Below are positions 8,977 to 20,007 of a stretch of DNA of 64,000 bases, one piece after another (position 1 is the first letter of the stretch; every line of letters starts with the position of its first letter). Below the pieces are notes generated by a model. That model was not told the origin of the DNA, ran no database searches, and worked only from the letters and a program-made list of their open reading frames with translations. The stretch covers positions 21,068 to 85,067 of the forward strand of contig DASWWW010000005.1 in assembly GCA_036400935.1 (NCBI GenBank). Direction: 5' to 3'. Origin of the DNA: Minisyncoccota bacterium. GTDB lineage: Bacteria; Patescibacteriota; Minisyncoccia; Phycocordibacterales; UBA6065. The position numbers were made by a program, and so were the translations under genes.

Positions 8977-10104
8977 CTAGACAGCCAATCGGGGCAAAAG
9001 CGGGTTTATGCGCGTGACGAGCTCGTAATTGATCGTACCGGCCATTTCGGCCATTTCCTCGGCCGATAGAACCTCCTTTCCCTGCGCGCCAATGATAACG
9101 ACCTCAGAGCCGATGCGGACGCTCGGGATGTCGGTGACGTCGATGATAGTTATATCCATCGACACGCGGCCGACGATCGGAGCCTTCTTGCCGCCGACAA
9201 GCACGTGGCCCTTGTTCGAGAGCGAGCGCGGCATGCCGTGCCAGTACCCTACCGGAATGATGGCGAGGCGCGAATTGCGCGAGAGCGTATGGGTAAGGTC
9301 ATAGCCGACTTTCGAGCCCTTCTCGACCATCTTTACCTCAGAGACGATAGTTTTCCAGCTGAGGGCCGGGACGAGTGTCGTTTCCTTTGCCCAGCGATGG
9401 ATTTCGTGCGATGGCCAGATGCCGTAGGTCGCGATGCCCGTGCGAGCCATGTCGAAATGGAAGTCCTTTGAGAAAAGGATGCCTGCCGAAGACGATGCGT
9501 GGACGATCGGAGCGAATCCCTTGGCATTGAGCTTCTTTACGATCTCTTTCAGGGCATCGCGCTGCATAACTGAATAGTCGCGGGCCATAGGGTCCTCGAT
9601 GATAGCGAAATGCGTGTAGACGCCTTCGATAGTCGCCGGGAATCCCTGCGACGAAATGAGGCGGATGACCTGCTGGACGTGCGACGGCATGATGCCTTGG
9701 CGATGGAGGCCGGTCTCAAACTTGAGGTGAATGTGAAGGGGCTTCGCGAGCTTCATCTTTGAGAGGTCCTGGAGCGACTCAAGCGACGAGATCATAAGCG
9801 AGATCTTCTTGGCGGCAGCGATCGCATAGAGTTCGGGCAAGGTATAGCCGAGAACGAGGATCGGAGCCCTGATCCCCTCCTTGCGCAATGCGAGAGCCTC
9901 GGTGATTTCATCGACAGCGAGCCATGACGCGCCGCCGGCAAGGGCCGCTTTTGCCGACGCCACGATGCCGTGCCCGTATGCATTCGATTTGACCACGGTC
10001 ATCATGACGGTCGCATCGGAAAGCAGCGCCTTCATGGTGCGCGTATTGATCGTTATGGCCTTATAATCGACTTCCACCCATGATCTGTGGGAATGTTTTT
10101 TCAT
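8977..10104 (-). CDS. alr: Alanine racemase
   Basis: VVKSNAYGHG PLP-lysine motif, VGRVSMD, GTINYE. Confidence 0.96.
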   Translation of the reverse strand: MKKHSHRSWVEVDYKAITINTRTMKALLSDATVMMTVVKSNAYGHGIVASAKAALAGGASWLAVDEITEALALRKEGIRAPILVLGYTLPELYAIAAAKKISLMISSLESLQDLSKMKLAKPLHIHLKFETGLHRQGIMPSHVQQVIRLISSQGFPATIEGVYTHFAIIEDPMARDYSVMQRDALKEIVKKLNAKGFAPIVHASSSAGILFSKDFHFDMARTGIATYGIWPSHEIHRWAKETTLVPALSWKTIVSEVKMVEKGSKVGYDLTHTLSRNSRLAIIPVGYWHGMPRSLSNKGHVLVGGKKAPIVGRVSMDITIIDVTDIPSVRIGSEVVIIGAQGKEVLSAEEMAEMAGTINYELVTRINPLLPRLAV

Positions 10105-10171
10105 ATAGAGAATATATCATGAAAAACTTGTTATACGCCGAAAATTTGGTAGAGTATTGGAGTTCCCATAT

Positions 10172-10254
10172 GCGCCGATCGAATAGCGGCTATTTCAGGA
10201 GACTGTAAATCTCCCGCCCAATGGGCATCGGGGGTTCGAGTCCCTCTCGGCGCA
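10172..10254 (+). tRNA. tRNA-Tyr(GTA)
   Basis: GCGCCGA/TCGGCGC stem, GGAGA-CTGTAAA-TCTCC arm, long variable arm. Confidence 0.93.
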
Positions 10255-10308
10255 CAAATGAAAAACACCCATTTATCGGGTGTTTTTCTTTGAGCAAGGA
10301 CCGAGTCC

Positions 10309-13017
10309 TTAGCTTACCTTCTCCGCCTCCATCTCTTCTCCGAAAGCCTTCAGCGAAGTCAACTTCTTGCCCTTCTTGATATCGAACGTGAACTCCCCGT
10401 TCTTGAATCCGACGGCGATAGAGCCGCCCTTGGTGACGCCCTGCGAGATCATGAATCCGGCGATCGGCGTGAGGACCTTCTCCTGGATGAGGCGCTTCAA
10501 CGGTCGCGCACCGTACTGAGGATTGTAGCCTTCCTTGGCGAGATATTCGTAGACTGCAGGCGCGATGTCGAGGATGATTTCCTTTTCCGCGAGGCGCTTT
10601 ACGATCATATCCACCTGGATTTTGACAATATCCTTGATCGAATCAGGCGAAAGCACGTCAAAGAGGATGATCGAGTCGAGTCGGTTGAGGAATTCCGGCC
10701 TGAAGTAGTCCTTGAGGCTCTCCATGACCTTGCCCTTCACGTCGTTGTACTTGGACTTGTCGCTCGAGTCAGACGCGAAGCCGAGCTTCTCCATCTTGTC
10801 GATAAACTGAGCGCCGATGTTCGAGGTAAGGATGATGACGGTATTCTTGAAGTTAACGACGCGGCCCTTGGTATCGGTCAGGCGGCCGTTGTCGAGCACC
10901 TGGAGGAGGATATTGAAGACCTCTGGATGCGCCTTCTCAACCTCGTCGAAAAGGATGACTGAGTACGGTCGGTGGCGGACCATTTCGGTGAGCGCCCCGC
11001 CCTCCTCGTAGCCGACGTAGCCTGGAGGCGCGCCGATGAGCTTGGAAGTCGAATGCTTCTCCATGAATTCGGACATGTCGACGCGGATGAGCGCCTTGTC
11101 GTCGTTGAACATGAATTCGGCGAGGGCCTTGGTGAGCTCGGTCTTTCCCACGCCGGTAGGGCCGAGGAAAAGGAATGAGCCGAGAGGCCTCTGTGGGTCT
11201 GCGATACCCGCGCGAGCGCGGCGGATGGTGTCGGCGATCTTCTGGACGGCCTCGTTCTGGCCGACGACGCGCTTTGAAAGCTCCGCCTCCATGCGCATGA
11301 GCTTGCGAGCCTCTTCCTCGAGCATTCGCGATACGGGGATGCCCGTCCATTTTGATACGATGTCCGCGATATCCTGCTCGTTGATCTCTTCCTTGAGTAT
11401 GCGGCGAGACGACTGGAGCTTCTTGAGCTTCTTTACCTTTGCGTCGAGCTCCTTTTCGAGAAGAGGTATCTTGCCGTAGCGGATTTCTGCGGCCTTGGCG
11501 AGGTCAGCTTTCAATTCAGCGGCCTCAGCTTCGAGGCGCAGCTTCTCGAGGTCCTTCTTGTGGCTCTTTATGCCGGTGAGGAGCTCCTTCTCGCCCTTCC
11601 ACTTGATCTCGAGCTCGCTTGTCTGCTCCTTGTGATCCGCGATCTCCTTTTCTATGGCCTTGATGCGGTTCTTCTGGGTCTTGGCATCGTCCTTGTTGTC
11701 CTTGGCGAGCTCGACTTCCTTCCTGAGAGCCTCGCGCTCGATCTCGAGGCGCATGACCTTCCTGTGCGTCTCTTCGAGGAGCGGCGGCTTTGACTCGAGC
11801 GAGATCTTGAGGGCCGAAGACGCCTCGTCGATGAGGTCGACGGTCTTGTCCGGCAAGAATCGGTCGGAAATGTAGCGGGACGAGAGGTTTACGGCCGCGA
11901 CGATAGCGTCATCGGTGATGCGCACGCCATGATAGAGTTCGTATTTTTCCTTTAGCCCGCGGAGGATGGCGATAGCGTCCTCGATCGAAGGCTCGGCCAC
12001 GATGACGGGCTGGAAGCGGCGCGTGAGGGCCGGATCCTTCTCGATGTACTTCTGGTATTCCTTGAGAGTCGTTGCGCCGATAGCACGGAGCTCGCCTCGA
12101 GCGAGGGCCGGCTTGAGCAGGTTGGACGCGTCCATAGAGCCTTCAGATGCTCCGGCGCCGACGATGGTGTGGATCTCGTCGATAAAGAGGATGACCTTGC
12201 CCTCCGATCGCTCGACTTCCTTCATGATATTCTTGAGGCGCTCCTCGAATTCGCCGCGGTACTTCGTTCCGGCGACGAGAAGGCCGAGGTCGAGCAGTAC
12301 GAGCTCTTTGTTCTTGAGAGATTCAGGCACGTCGTTCTGGGCCATGCGCAATGCAAGGCCTTCGACGATGGCGGTCTTTCCTACTCCCGCCTCTCCGATG
12401 AGGATCGGATTGTTTTTCGTGCGGCGCGAGAGGATCTGGATGATGCGGTTGATCTCCTGGTCGCGGCCGATGACCGGGTCGAGCTTGTTCTCGGCGGCGA
12501 GCTTTGTGAGGCTCTTGGTGTACTTCAAAAGCGCGCGCGGCTTCTTTGCGGCTGCGGGCTCGGAGGTCTTTGCCTCGCGGATCTCCTCGAGGACCTTCAT
12601 GACGTTAGGCTTGGTGATGCGGAATTTCGCGAGGGTCTCGCTCGTCGGAGATGGGATTTCAAGGAGGGCGATGAAGAGGTGCTCGGTCGAGATGAACTCA
12701 TCCTTGAGGGTGGCTGCGACTTTGGCGGAATTTTCGATTGCCTGAGCGAGCTCTGGAGTGAGGTAGATCTGATACGACTGCGAGAGGGTCGCGCCGGTTC
12801 CCGCGCCTTCGATCTGCTCGGCGATGGAGTCGGAAAGCAATATGATGTCCACCTCGAGCTTTTCGAGGATGGCGGTAACGATCGATTCGTCCTGGAGGAT
12901 GAGGGCAGAAAGAAGGTGGAGCGGATTTACGTGGTTCTGGCCTCGCTCGATCGCAAGCTCGTGCGCCCTGCGGATCGCCTCTTTCGCCTTGGTCGTAAAG
13001 TGGTTAAGTGGTGGCAT
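10309..13017 (-). CDS. clpB: ATP-dependent chaperone ClpB
   Basis: Clp N domain, two AAA modules (GEAGVGKT; GPTGVGKT), long M-domain coiled coil. Confidence 0.93.
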   Translation of the reverse strand: MPPLNHFTTKAKEAIRRAHELAIERGQNHVNPLHLLSALILQDESIVTAILEKLEVDIILLSDSIAEQIEGAGTGATLSQSYQIYLTPELAQAIENSAKVAATLKDEFISTEHLFIALLEIPSPTSETLAKFRITKPNVMKVLEEIREAKTSEPAAAKKPRALLKYTKSLTKLAAENKLDPVIGRDQEINRIIQILSRRTKNNPILIGEAGVGKTAIVEGLALRMAQNDVPESLKNKELVLLDLGLLVAGTKYRGEFEERLKNIMKEVERSEGKVILFIDEIHTIVGAGASEGSMDASNLLKPALARGELRAIGATTLKEYQKYIEKDPALTRRFQPVIVAEPSIEDAIAILRGLKEKYELYHGVRITDDAIVAAVNLSSRYISDRFLPDKTVDLIDEASSALKISLESKPPLLEETHRKVMRLEIEREALRKEVELAKDNKDDAKTQKNRIKAIEKEIADHKEQTSELEIKWKGEKELLTGIKSHKKDLEKLRLEAEAAELKADLAKAAEIRYGKIPLLEKELDAKVKKLKKLQSSRRILKEEINEQDIADIVSKWTGIPVSRMLEEEARKLMRMEAELSKRVVGQNEAVQKIADTIRRARAGIADPQRPLGSFLFLGPTGVGKTELTKALAEFMFNDDKALIRVDMSEFMEKHSTSKLIGAPPGYVGYEEGGALTEMVRHRPYSVILFDEVEKAHPEVFNILLQVLDNGRLTDTKGRVVNFKNTVIILTSNIGAQFIDKMEKLGFASDSSDKSKYNDVKGKVMESLKDYFRPEFLNRLDSIILFDVLSPDSIKDIVKIQVDMIVKRLAEKEIILDIAPAVYEYLAKEGYNPQYGARPLKRLIQEKVLTPIAGFMISQGVTKGGSIAVGFKNGEFTFDIKKGKKLTSLKAFGEEMEAEKVS

Positions 13018-13244
13018 TTGTGTGTTGAAAGGCCCTTCGGAGGCCTGTATTAAGCGGTTTAAGGTTGGGACGGGTCCGCTCCTGTCATATTACGGTAAAA
13101 CGCTTAGATAATGAAGCCTCCCTACCTCTTTCTGCCTGTTCGGGGCACAGGTCGTTCCGGTGGACGGAACGCCTTCACTCTCGCGCCGTCGCGCTCCGAG
13201 AGTCCTCATCCAAGGCGAAAGAGAGGGACATGAGCTTCAATAAT

Positions 13245-14453
13245 CTAGAGCGATCGGATGGCGGAAATTATTTTGTCTACGTCAGATTTTGAAGCGTCGG
13301 GAGAGAATGTGAATCTCAAGGTTTTTGACGCGCGCCATGACTGGTCTGGCTTGTCGCCGATGAGGCTTTTGACGACGTACGACTGCTCTTCCCCTTTGAG
13401 GCACGAGCTTTTGGTCGAGCAGGCGATGCCCGCCTTGTCGAGCTGGAGGACCGCGAATTCAGGGTCAGTGATTTCAGGAAGAGAGATGTTTATGTTGTTC
13501 GGAAGGCGCTTGTCGATCGAGCCGTTTACGATCGCGGTCGGCAATTCCCGCGCGATGCGGTCAAAAAAGTATTTCTGGGTTGCTGATGCGGATTTCTCGC
13601 GAGCGACCCTGCCCTCTTGAGCTATTGCGAGAGCCTCAGTGAAACCTGAGACAAGCTCGAGCGATTCGGTGGTCGGGCGCATGCCGCGCTCCTGGCCACC
13701 GCCAAGTATTAGGGGCTCAAATGAAACATTGCGGCGGACGATAAGGGCGCCGACGCCTTTCGGGCCCTGCATTTTATGAGCATCGAACGTAATGGCGTCG
13801 GCGCGCAGTCCCTCAATCTCGCACGAGAGCCAGAGAGGAGCCTGCGAAGCGTCCACATGGAAGACCGGAAACGCCGCGGTCGGGTCGACAGCTTCGCCCT
13901 GAGCGGAGATTTTCTGCGCGCGGATCTTGCGGATACCGGCACCGATCTTTGAAACGGGCTGGATGGTACCGATCTCATTGTTCGCGTACATGCAGGTGAC
14001 GAGAGCTGTCTGAGGAGTGATCGCAGAAAGAATATCTTCAGCGCGGACGATACCGTCTGCCCCTGGGGCGACATACGTCACCTTAACGCCATGGCTTTCA
14101 AAAATACGGACGGTCTCGAGAACCGATGAATGCTCGATCGTCGTGGTAACGACATGGACGTCGCTCGGCTTGATTCCCTTCTCCAGTCGAGTGCGGATGA
14201 CGCCCTGGATGATGGTACCGTTTGCTTCGGTGCCGCCGGAAGTGAAATAGACCTCCTCAGGCTTCACGCCGATGAGGCGCGCGCTTCGCGCGCGCCTCTC
14301 TTCAAGCGCCTTCTTAGCCCTTACGCCCTCCTTGTGAATAGCGCTCGGATTCGCCCAGAATACGCGGGCCTCCGCCATTGCCTTTGCGACGCGCGGATGC
14401 AAGGGCGTAGTTGCCGCCCAGTCCGCGTATATGCGCTTCTTTGAAAAAATCAT
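13245..14453 (-). CDS. Cysteine desulfurase (IscS/NifS group I)
   Basis: YADWAATTP, FTSGGTEAN, HVDASQ, AHKMQGPKG, STKSSC. Confidence 0.92.
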   Translation of the reverse strand: MIFSKKRIYADWAATTPLHPRVAKAMAEARVFWANPSAIHKEGVRAKKALEERRARSARLIGVKPEEVYFTSGGTEANGTIIQGVIRTRLEKGIKPSDVHVVTTTIEHSSVLETVRIFESHGVKVTYVAPGADGIVRAEDILSAITPQTALVTCMYANNEIGTIQPVSKIGAGIRKIRAQKISAQGEAVDPTAAFPVFHVDASQAPLWLSCEIEGLRADAITFDAHKMQGPKGVGALIVRRNVSFEPLILGGGQERGMRPTTESLELVSGFTEALAIAQEGRVAREKSASATQKYFFDRIARELPTAIVNGSIDKRLPNNINISLPEITDPEFAVLQLDKAGIACSTKSSCLKGEEQSYVVKSLIGDKPDQSWRASKTLRFTFSPDASKSDVDKIISAIRSL

Positions 14454-14752
14454 GATCCCAGTATAGCAGTCTCGAGCGTAGTTATGCGCCCGCCCTGTTG
14501 CTTGACCTGAGGAATTACAAGGTCGGTCTTTTTCTCAACCTTTTCGAGGCGTGTCTCGACTTTATTCAAACCGACCTCAACACCGTCGAGCCGAACCTCG
14601 ACTTTCTCAAGACGCGCCTCAACCCCATTGAGCCGGCTCTCGACCTTATCCAGCCTCCGATCAACGCCATCAAATCTCCCATCCACTGCCAAAAAGCCCT
14701 TCTGGACCATCATCGCGAGATCATCGACTGTAACTTTTGACACAGCATTCAT
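14450..14752 (-). CDS. Heptad-repeat coiled-coil hypothetical protein
   Basis: Repeated RL(D/N/E)(K/G)VE heptads. Confidence 0.8.
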   Translation of the reverse strand: MNAVSKVTVDDLAMMVQKGFLAVDGRFDGVDRRLDKVESRLNGVEARLEKVEVRLDGVEVGLNKVETRLEKVEKKTDLVIPQVKQQGGRITTLETAILGS

Positions 14753-14876
14753 AGATTTAATTCTAATGCCGTCATCTTACAAGATCAATGATAAAGAAAT
14801 TATAAAAATTCGCCCGTAGAGCATATAGCAAAAGGGGCGGTCGCATTGCTGCGACCGCCCCGAACAACTTACCGGA

Positions 14877-15095
14877 TCACCACATCCACGGATCCTTCTT
14901 CTCGCGCCGGATATACCATTCGGCGAAGACGATCGGAATCGCAAGGAGCGCATAGACCCAATAGGTCAGAGAAATCCGGCCAAACTGGTCGGGCCAAAGG
15001 TCCATCAGAAGGACCGAGGCCGTCGAGGTATACATGATGCCTCGCAGGATGACCGTCGATTTCTTTTCAGGCTTTTGAATAGGATTGCTTTCCAT
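14877..15095 (-). CDS. Small membrane protein
   Basis: Two hydrophobic segments; has its own consensus promoter upstream. Confidence 0.6.
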   Translation of the reverse strand: MESNPIQKPEKKSTVILRGIMYTSTASVLLMDLWPDQFGRISLTYWVYALLAIPIVFAEWYIRREKKDPWMW

Positions 15096-15164
15096 AGGTT
15101 TCAAAAGAGAGCCTCGAACCGTCTCGCCTCCCTCTTTTGAAACCTAACCTCACATTCTTTTAAT

Positions 15165-15193
15165 ATTATACACTTAAATATAGTAAAAGTCAA
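15165..15193 (-). promoter_or_regulatory. Sigma70-type promoter
   Basis: TTGACT-N17-TATAAT on the minus strand. Confidence 0.75.
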
Positions 15194-15237
15194 TTCGATA
15201 AAAAAGCCCGTCCAAATCCATTTGGACGGGCCAAGGC

Positions 15238-17061
15238 TTAGTCGCCTGCCAGCTCTGCGCGGAGAACCCTCTCGCGATAGCCAACAATCTCATCGCCGCG
15301 ATACTCGCCGACCACTCGCCCGTCGTCGATCTCGATCACGCGATCGAAATGCGACAGGTAAAGCGGGTCATGAGCGATCACGACAATCGTCTTGCCGGCG
15401 AAGCTCCGCAGGCTCTGATAGAACAGGCTCCGGGTCTGCGAATCGCAGTTCGACATGGGCTCGTCGAAGAATCCGGCAAACACGTCGTCCCGCAGCAGCC
15501 TGTAGAAGGCGGCCGTGAGCTTGATACGCTGCTTCTCGCCGCTCGAGAAGCCGACGCCGCCCGGCCAATCCTCGCCAACCTGCGTATCGAAGCCCTTCTC
15601 GAGCCGCACGATGAAATCGTACGAGCCAGCGAGCCTCGCTGCCCTCACGAGCCTCGAGTCGTCGACGTATGCCCGAGAGCAGCCGGCGATCAGCTCGTAG
15701 AGCGGAACGTCCAGAGACGTCGCATCCTGAGTGACGCACATGACGCGATCAAGCAGGCTTTCCTGAGTGATCGACGACGTAGATTGCCTGCCCACGAGGA
15801 CGAGGCCCAGATTAGGCAGGTACACTTTGATTAGCATGCGCAGGAGCGTCGTCTTGCCCGCTCCGTTCTTGCCGACGAAAGCCACGACCTCGCCCGAAGC
15901 GATCGACAGGCTGCACCTGTCGAGCGCCAGCCTGTTCTGACCCGGATAAGAGAAGCTCACGTCGCACACCTCGAACTTCGGAGCAGCCGTGACTTCAAGC
16001 TTTTGGCACCCCGTCTCGTCGATGAGCGGCTGCGTCGCATGGAATTCCTCGAGATAGGCGTAATCTGTACATGCGCTGTTCAGATTGACGACCACCCTCG
16101 AGAAGCCCGCAAGCGACCTGCCCATTGTCTTCATCGCGCCGAGAAAGAAGAAGCCTTTCACGATAGTCAGGCTTCCGTCTACCAATCCCTGGCCGAGGTA
16201 GAGCATCGCGAGCGCAACCATGACTACGTCCAGCACGCTCAGCGAGAGCTCCGCCTTGAACTCGAAGAGCTTCATGTCGCGATTAGACGCCCGGAGCTTA
16301 TCGGCATAGCCGGAAAAGCGCGCGAGCATATAATCGGCGAACCGAAACATCTTTGCCTGCACGACGCCGAACCGGCTCGTAACGCAGCGCGCGTACTCGT
16401 CCCTCGAGCGCCGCAAGTCATGCTCGCCCTCAAAGCGCGTGCGCCGCTTCTTCTCTATGACCGCGGCCCGAATAGTCTTTGGGACTACCGGTACGAGAGC
16501 GAGGAAGATAAGCGCGGGACTCAGCGCGAATATGACGCCTAGCGATGCGATAACGCCGCAGACGGCGCCGATCAGTGCCATCTGCGTATTCCAAAGCTTC
16601 AGGACGGAAGCCTCCCCCCGAACCGCCGCCCGCTCCTTAAGAGCGATGAATGACGGATCGGTGAGCCTGCCGAGATCGAGGGACCGCAGCTTGCTGATCT
16701 TCTTGCCCTTCAGCCTGAAGCCGAGCTCGTCTTCGAGCAGCTCCCTCTTCCAGTCGTGAATCGCGTCGAAAACAGCGATCACGAACATATAGGCAAGCAG
16801 GCCCAGGGTGTATAGGGAGACCGCGCTGTACGTGACCTTTCCCGCTTCCTGATACCCATCTACCGTCTCCTGGATGAGAACGCCGACAAAAGCGATGATT
16901 CCGATGGAAGACAGCCCTCCCGTAACCGCCTTGACCCATGACCATTTGACTAGCCGCGGATCTATAGAACGCATGAGCGCGTTGACCTCCCTTACCTGAC
17001 GTCGGGAATTCCTGATTGCCAGGAAAAACTCCCGGATTCGATTAATCGCCCGAACGAGCAT
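15238..17061 (-). CDS. ABC exporter, fused permease/ATP-binding protein (divergent)
   Basis: TM helices, GKNGAGKTT, FSSGEKQR, FFDEP, IAHD. Confidence 0.9.
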   Translation of the reverse strand: MLVRAINRIREFFLAIRNSRRQVREVNALMRSIDPRLVKWSWVKAVTGGLSSIGIIAFVGVLIQETVDGYQEAGKVTYSAVSLYTLGLLAYMFVIAVFDAIHDWKRELLEDELGFRLKGKKISKLRSLDLGRLTDPSFIALKERAAVRGEASVLKLWNTQMALIGAVCGVIASLGVIFALSPALIFLALVPVVPKTIRAAVIEKKRRTRFEGEHDLRRSRDEYARCVTSRFGVVQAKMFRFADYMLARFSGYADKLRASNRDMKLFEFKAELSLSVLDVVMVALAMLYLGQGLVDGSLTIVKGFFFLGAMKTMGRSLAGFSRVVVNLNSACTDYAYLEEFHATQPLIDETGCQKLEVTAAPKFEVCDVSFSYPGQNRLALDRCSLSIASGEVVAFVGKNGAGKTTLLRMLIKVYLPNLGLVLVGRQSTSSITQESLLDRVMCVTQDATSLDVPLYELIAGCSRAYVDDSRLVRAARLAGSYDFIVRLEKGFDTQVGEDWPGGVGFSSGEKQRIKLTAAFYRLLRDDVFAGFFDEPMSNCDSQTRSLFYQSLRSFAGKTIVVIAHDPLYLSHFDRVIEIDDGRVVGEYRGDEIVGYRERVLRAELAGD

Positions 17062-17216
17062 GATGTTATGCCTTTCTTTGTTTGCTGACGTTTGTGTTGA
17101 GTTGTTTGCTATTTCAAAAAATCCTTCGTCGTAATAACATTAAAGATATAAAAAGTCAATAATAAGCTCTCCGCCCCAGATTGCCTTTAGGCGCCGAATG
17201 GGCTAATATACAAGCC

Positions 17217-17693
17217 ATGATTCTTGATCCGTACATTCTTATCGGCGTATTGGCGCTCCTCCTCGTTTTGACGGTCGCGGACCACTTTGTCCTGCGCCGA
17301 AAGATCACGAAGCTCCTGCGCGGAGGCAAGAACGAGAACATCGGCCAGGCCATGTCTTCGATCAATGCGGATATCAAGGACCTCGAGAAGTTCCGGAGCG
17401 AGATGGAGGAGTACCTCCTTACCATCGAGAAGCGCATGCGGCGAGCGTCGCAGGCTGCGGAAACCATCCGCTTCAATGCCTTTCGCGGAGACGGCCTTTC
17501 CGGAAACCAGAGCTTCGCTACCGCTTTCCTAAACGAGGAGGGCGACGGCACCGTCCTCTCGAGCATCTACTCCCGAGAGCGCGTATCCGTCTTCGCGAAG
17601 CCGATCGTGAAATTCGCCTCTTCGACGGTAGACCTATCCCAGGAAGAGAAGCAGGCGATCTCGGCAGCAAAGGCGAAGCTCGCGGCAAAGTAA
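17217..17693 (+). CDS. DUF4446-family membrane-anchored protein
   Basis: N-terminal TM helix, RFNAF..GNQSFATAFLNEEGDG..SSIYSRE..FAKP. Confidence 0.8.
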   Translation: MILDPYILIGVLALLLVLTVADHFVLRRKITKLLRGGKNENIGQAMSSINADIKDLEKFRSEMEEYLLTIEKRMRRASQAAETIRFNAFRGDGLSGNQSFATAFLNEEGDGTVLSSIYSRERVSVFAKPIVKFASSTVDLSQEEKQAISAAKAKLAAK

Positions 17694-17747
17694 AAACCCA
17701 AACTGTATTGCGCTCCGCACTACGATGAAAACTTTAATTTCAAAGCT

Positions 17748-19295
17748 ATGGCTAAAAAAAATACACAATCGAATAGCCAGACGCCCGGCGCTTTGCAAAA
17801 GCGCTCTCCTGTCGTAGCAATCCTCGGCCATATCGACCACGGCAAGTCGACCCTGCTCGACTATATCCGCAAGTCGCACATCGTAGACGAGGAAGCCGGC
17901 GGCATCACTCAGAGCATTTCGGCATATGAGGTGGAGCGTCCCAATGGCGACAAGATCGAGAAGATCACCTTTATCGATACTCCGGGCCACGAGGCATTTT
18001 CCGGCATGCGCGAGCGCGGCGCCACGACCGCCGACATCGCCCTTCTCATCGTATCAGCAGAAGACGGCGTAAAGACCCAGACCATCGAGGCATACAAGGA
18101 GATCGAGAAGGCAAAAGTGCCTTTCATCGTCGCCATCAACAAGATCGACAAGCCTAACGCCAACGTCGAGAAGGTCAAGAATTCCCTTGCCGAGGCAGGC
18201 GTATACCTCGAAGGCTACGGAGGCAGCATCTCGTACGTGCCCATTTCGGCTAAAACGGGCCAGGGCGTCGACGAACTGCTCGACATGATCACCCTTACCG
18301 CGGACGTCGCAGACCTCAAGGGAGATGCCTCGAAGCCCGCATCAGGCTCTATCATCGAGGCGCACCGCGATCCAAAGAAAGGCATCTCGGCCACCCTCAT
18401 CATCAAGAACGGAACCATGGGTCCCGGCATGTTCGTCGCGTCAGGCGCCGCTTTCTCCCCTACCCGCATCATCGAGAACCATGCTGGCAAGAAAGTGACC
18501 GAGGCCTCGTTCTCGTCCCCTGTCAGCCTCGTAGGCTGGAATGAGGCGCCGAAGGTCGGCAGCTCGTTCGAGTCATTCACGTCAAAGAGGGACCTCGAGG
18601 AATACCTCGAGACCGCGCAGGAATTGGCCGATGCCGCCGAGGCAGCCGAGGCCTCGTCAGGGCCAGTTGCCGGCATCGGCCAGGAAACCCGCAAGGTCAT
18701 CCCCGTCATCATCAAGGCCGACGTCATCGGCTCCGTCGAGGCGATCGCCCACGAGATGAAGAAGATCAAGAACGACCGCGTAGTCGTGAAGGTCATCCTC
18801 TCGTCGATCGGCGACGTCACCGAGTCCGACATCAAGGGCGCCGGCGCAAACAAGGAGACCATCATTGTCGGCTTCAACGTAAAAATCGACAGCCGAGCCC
18901 AGGCCATGATCGAGCGCCTCGAGATGCAGGCAGCCACGTTCGACATCATCTACAAGCTCGTCGAGTATCTCCAGGACAAGGTCGTCGAGCGCACCCCGAA
19001 GGTCGAGGTCGAGGAGACCGTCGGCAAGGCAAAGATCCTCAAGTGCTTCAGCGCCAACAAGGACAAGCAGATCGTCGGAGGCAAGGTCATCGACCGCGAG
19101 ATAAACCTCGGCCACAAGGTAAAGATCTACCGCCGCGAGACCATCATCGGCGACGGCGTCATCCGCGAGCTCCAGCAGGCCAAGGTAAAGGCGAGCACCG
19201 TGAACGAGGGCTTCGAGTTCGGAACCATGATCGACTCAAAGATCGAGCTCGCCCCCGGAGACGTCATCGAGGACTTTATTATCGTTTCAAAATAA
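17748..19295 (+). CDS. infB: Translation initiation factor IF-2 (short form)
   Basis: GHIDHGKST, GGITQ, DTPGHEAF, NKID, KADVIGS. Confidence 0.97.
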   Translation: MAKKNTQSNSQTPGALQKRSPVVAILGHIDHGKSTLLDYIRKSHIVDEEAGGITQSISAYEVERPNGDKIEKITFIDTPGHEAFSGMRERGATTADIALLIVSAEDGVKTQTIEAYKEIEKAKVPFIVAINKIDKPNANVEKVKNSLAEAGVYLEGYGGSISYVPISAKTGQGVDELLDMITLTADVADLKGDASKPASGSIIEAHRDPKKGISATLIIKNGTMGPGMFVASGAAFSPTRIIENHAGKKVTEASFSSPVSLVGWNEAPKVGSSFESFTSKRDLEEYLETAQELADAAEAAEASSGPVAGIGQETRKVIPVIIKADVIGSVEAIAHEMKKIKNDRVVVKVILSSIGDVTESDIKGAGANKETIIVGFNVKIDSRAQAMIERLEMQAATFDIIYKLVEYLQDKVVERTPKVEVEETVGKAKILKCFSANKDKQIVGGKVIDREINLGHKVKIYRRETIIGDGVIRELQQAKVKASTVNEGFEFGTMIDSKIELAPGDVIEDFIIVSK

Positions 19296-19317
19296 GCGCC
19301 GCGCGCCTTAAAACAAA

Positions 19318-19641
19318 ATGTCATACAAGCAAGACCGATTCGAAGAGATCCTCCGCGACATGGCCGCGCGCTTTGTCGCCCTCGAGTCGAACAGGAAGTC
19401 CATGATCACCATCACCCGCGTCGCCGCTACCGAAAAGGGCGACGTCGCGACCATCTTCTTTACCGTCTTCCCCGACAATCAGGAGGAGGCGGCCTTAGAC
19501 TTCCTGAAGAGGCAGCGATCGGACTTCCGCGCTTTCGTGAAATACAACGCGCGCCTGATGCGCATCCCCTTCTTCGATTTCGAGATCGACAAGGGCGAGA
19601 AGGCGCGACAGAAGATTGACGCTGTCACGATACGACCCTAA
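19318..19641 (+). CDS. rbfA: Ribosome-binding factor A
   Basis: Follows infB; ITITRV..P.F.FEIDKG pattern. Confidence 0.85.
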   Translation: MSYKQDRFEEILRDMAARFVALESNRKSMITITRVAATEKGDVATIFFTVFPDNQEEAALDFLKRQRSDFRAFVKYNARLMRIPFFDFEIDKGEKARQKIDAVTIRP

Positions 19642-19653
19642 TATAAGCACACA

Positions 19654-19725
19654 GGCCACGTAGAAAAGTGGTAATTCGGAGATCTGCAAAATCTCTATGC
19701 GCGAGTTCGATTCTCGCCGTGGCCT
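19654..19725 (+). tRNA. tRNA-Cys(GCA)
   Basis: GGCCACG/CGTGGCC stem, GAGAT-CTGCAAA-ATCTC arm. Confidence 0.93.
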
Positions 19726-19798
19726 CAAAAACGCACCGCGCAAGCGGAAGTTTTTAGGCCACGAGCAGGCCCGTAAGGACCGATTCTCGATCGCCGTT

Positions 19799-19888
19799 GC
19801 CCGGGTGGCGAAATTGGTTAGACGCAAGAGACTTAAAATCTCTCGCCCGTAACAGGGCATGTCGGTTCGATTCCGACCCTGGGCACCA
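19799..19888 (+). tRNA. tRNA-Leu(TAA)
   Basis: AGAGA-CTTAAAA-TCTCT arm, long variable arm, encoded CCA. Confidence 0.94.
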
Positions 19889-19934
19889 GCAGTTATTGCC
19901 AATAGGCCAATTTTCTGTTACATTTCTTCACACA

Positions 19935-20007
19935 CCGCCCTTAGCTCAGTTGGTAGAGCAGATCCCTCTTAAGGATAAGGTCGTAGGTTCGATCCCTACA
20001 GGGCGGA
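19935..20007 (+). tRNA. tRNA-Lys(CTT)
   Basis: CCGCCCT/AGGGCGG stem, loop CTCTTAA, GGTTCGATCC T-arm. Confidence 0.93.

Noticed and set aside
13170-13210. CIRCE/HrcA operator upstream of clpB
   Set aside because: The inverted repeat ACTCTCG..CGAGAGT does not match TTAGCACTC-N9-GAGTGCTAA in sequence or spacing
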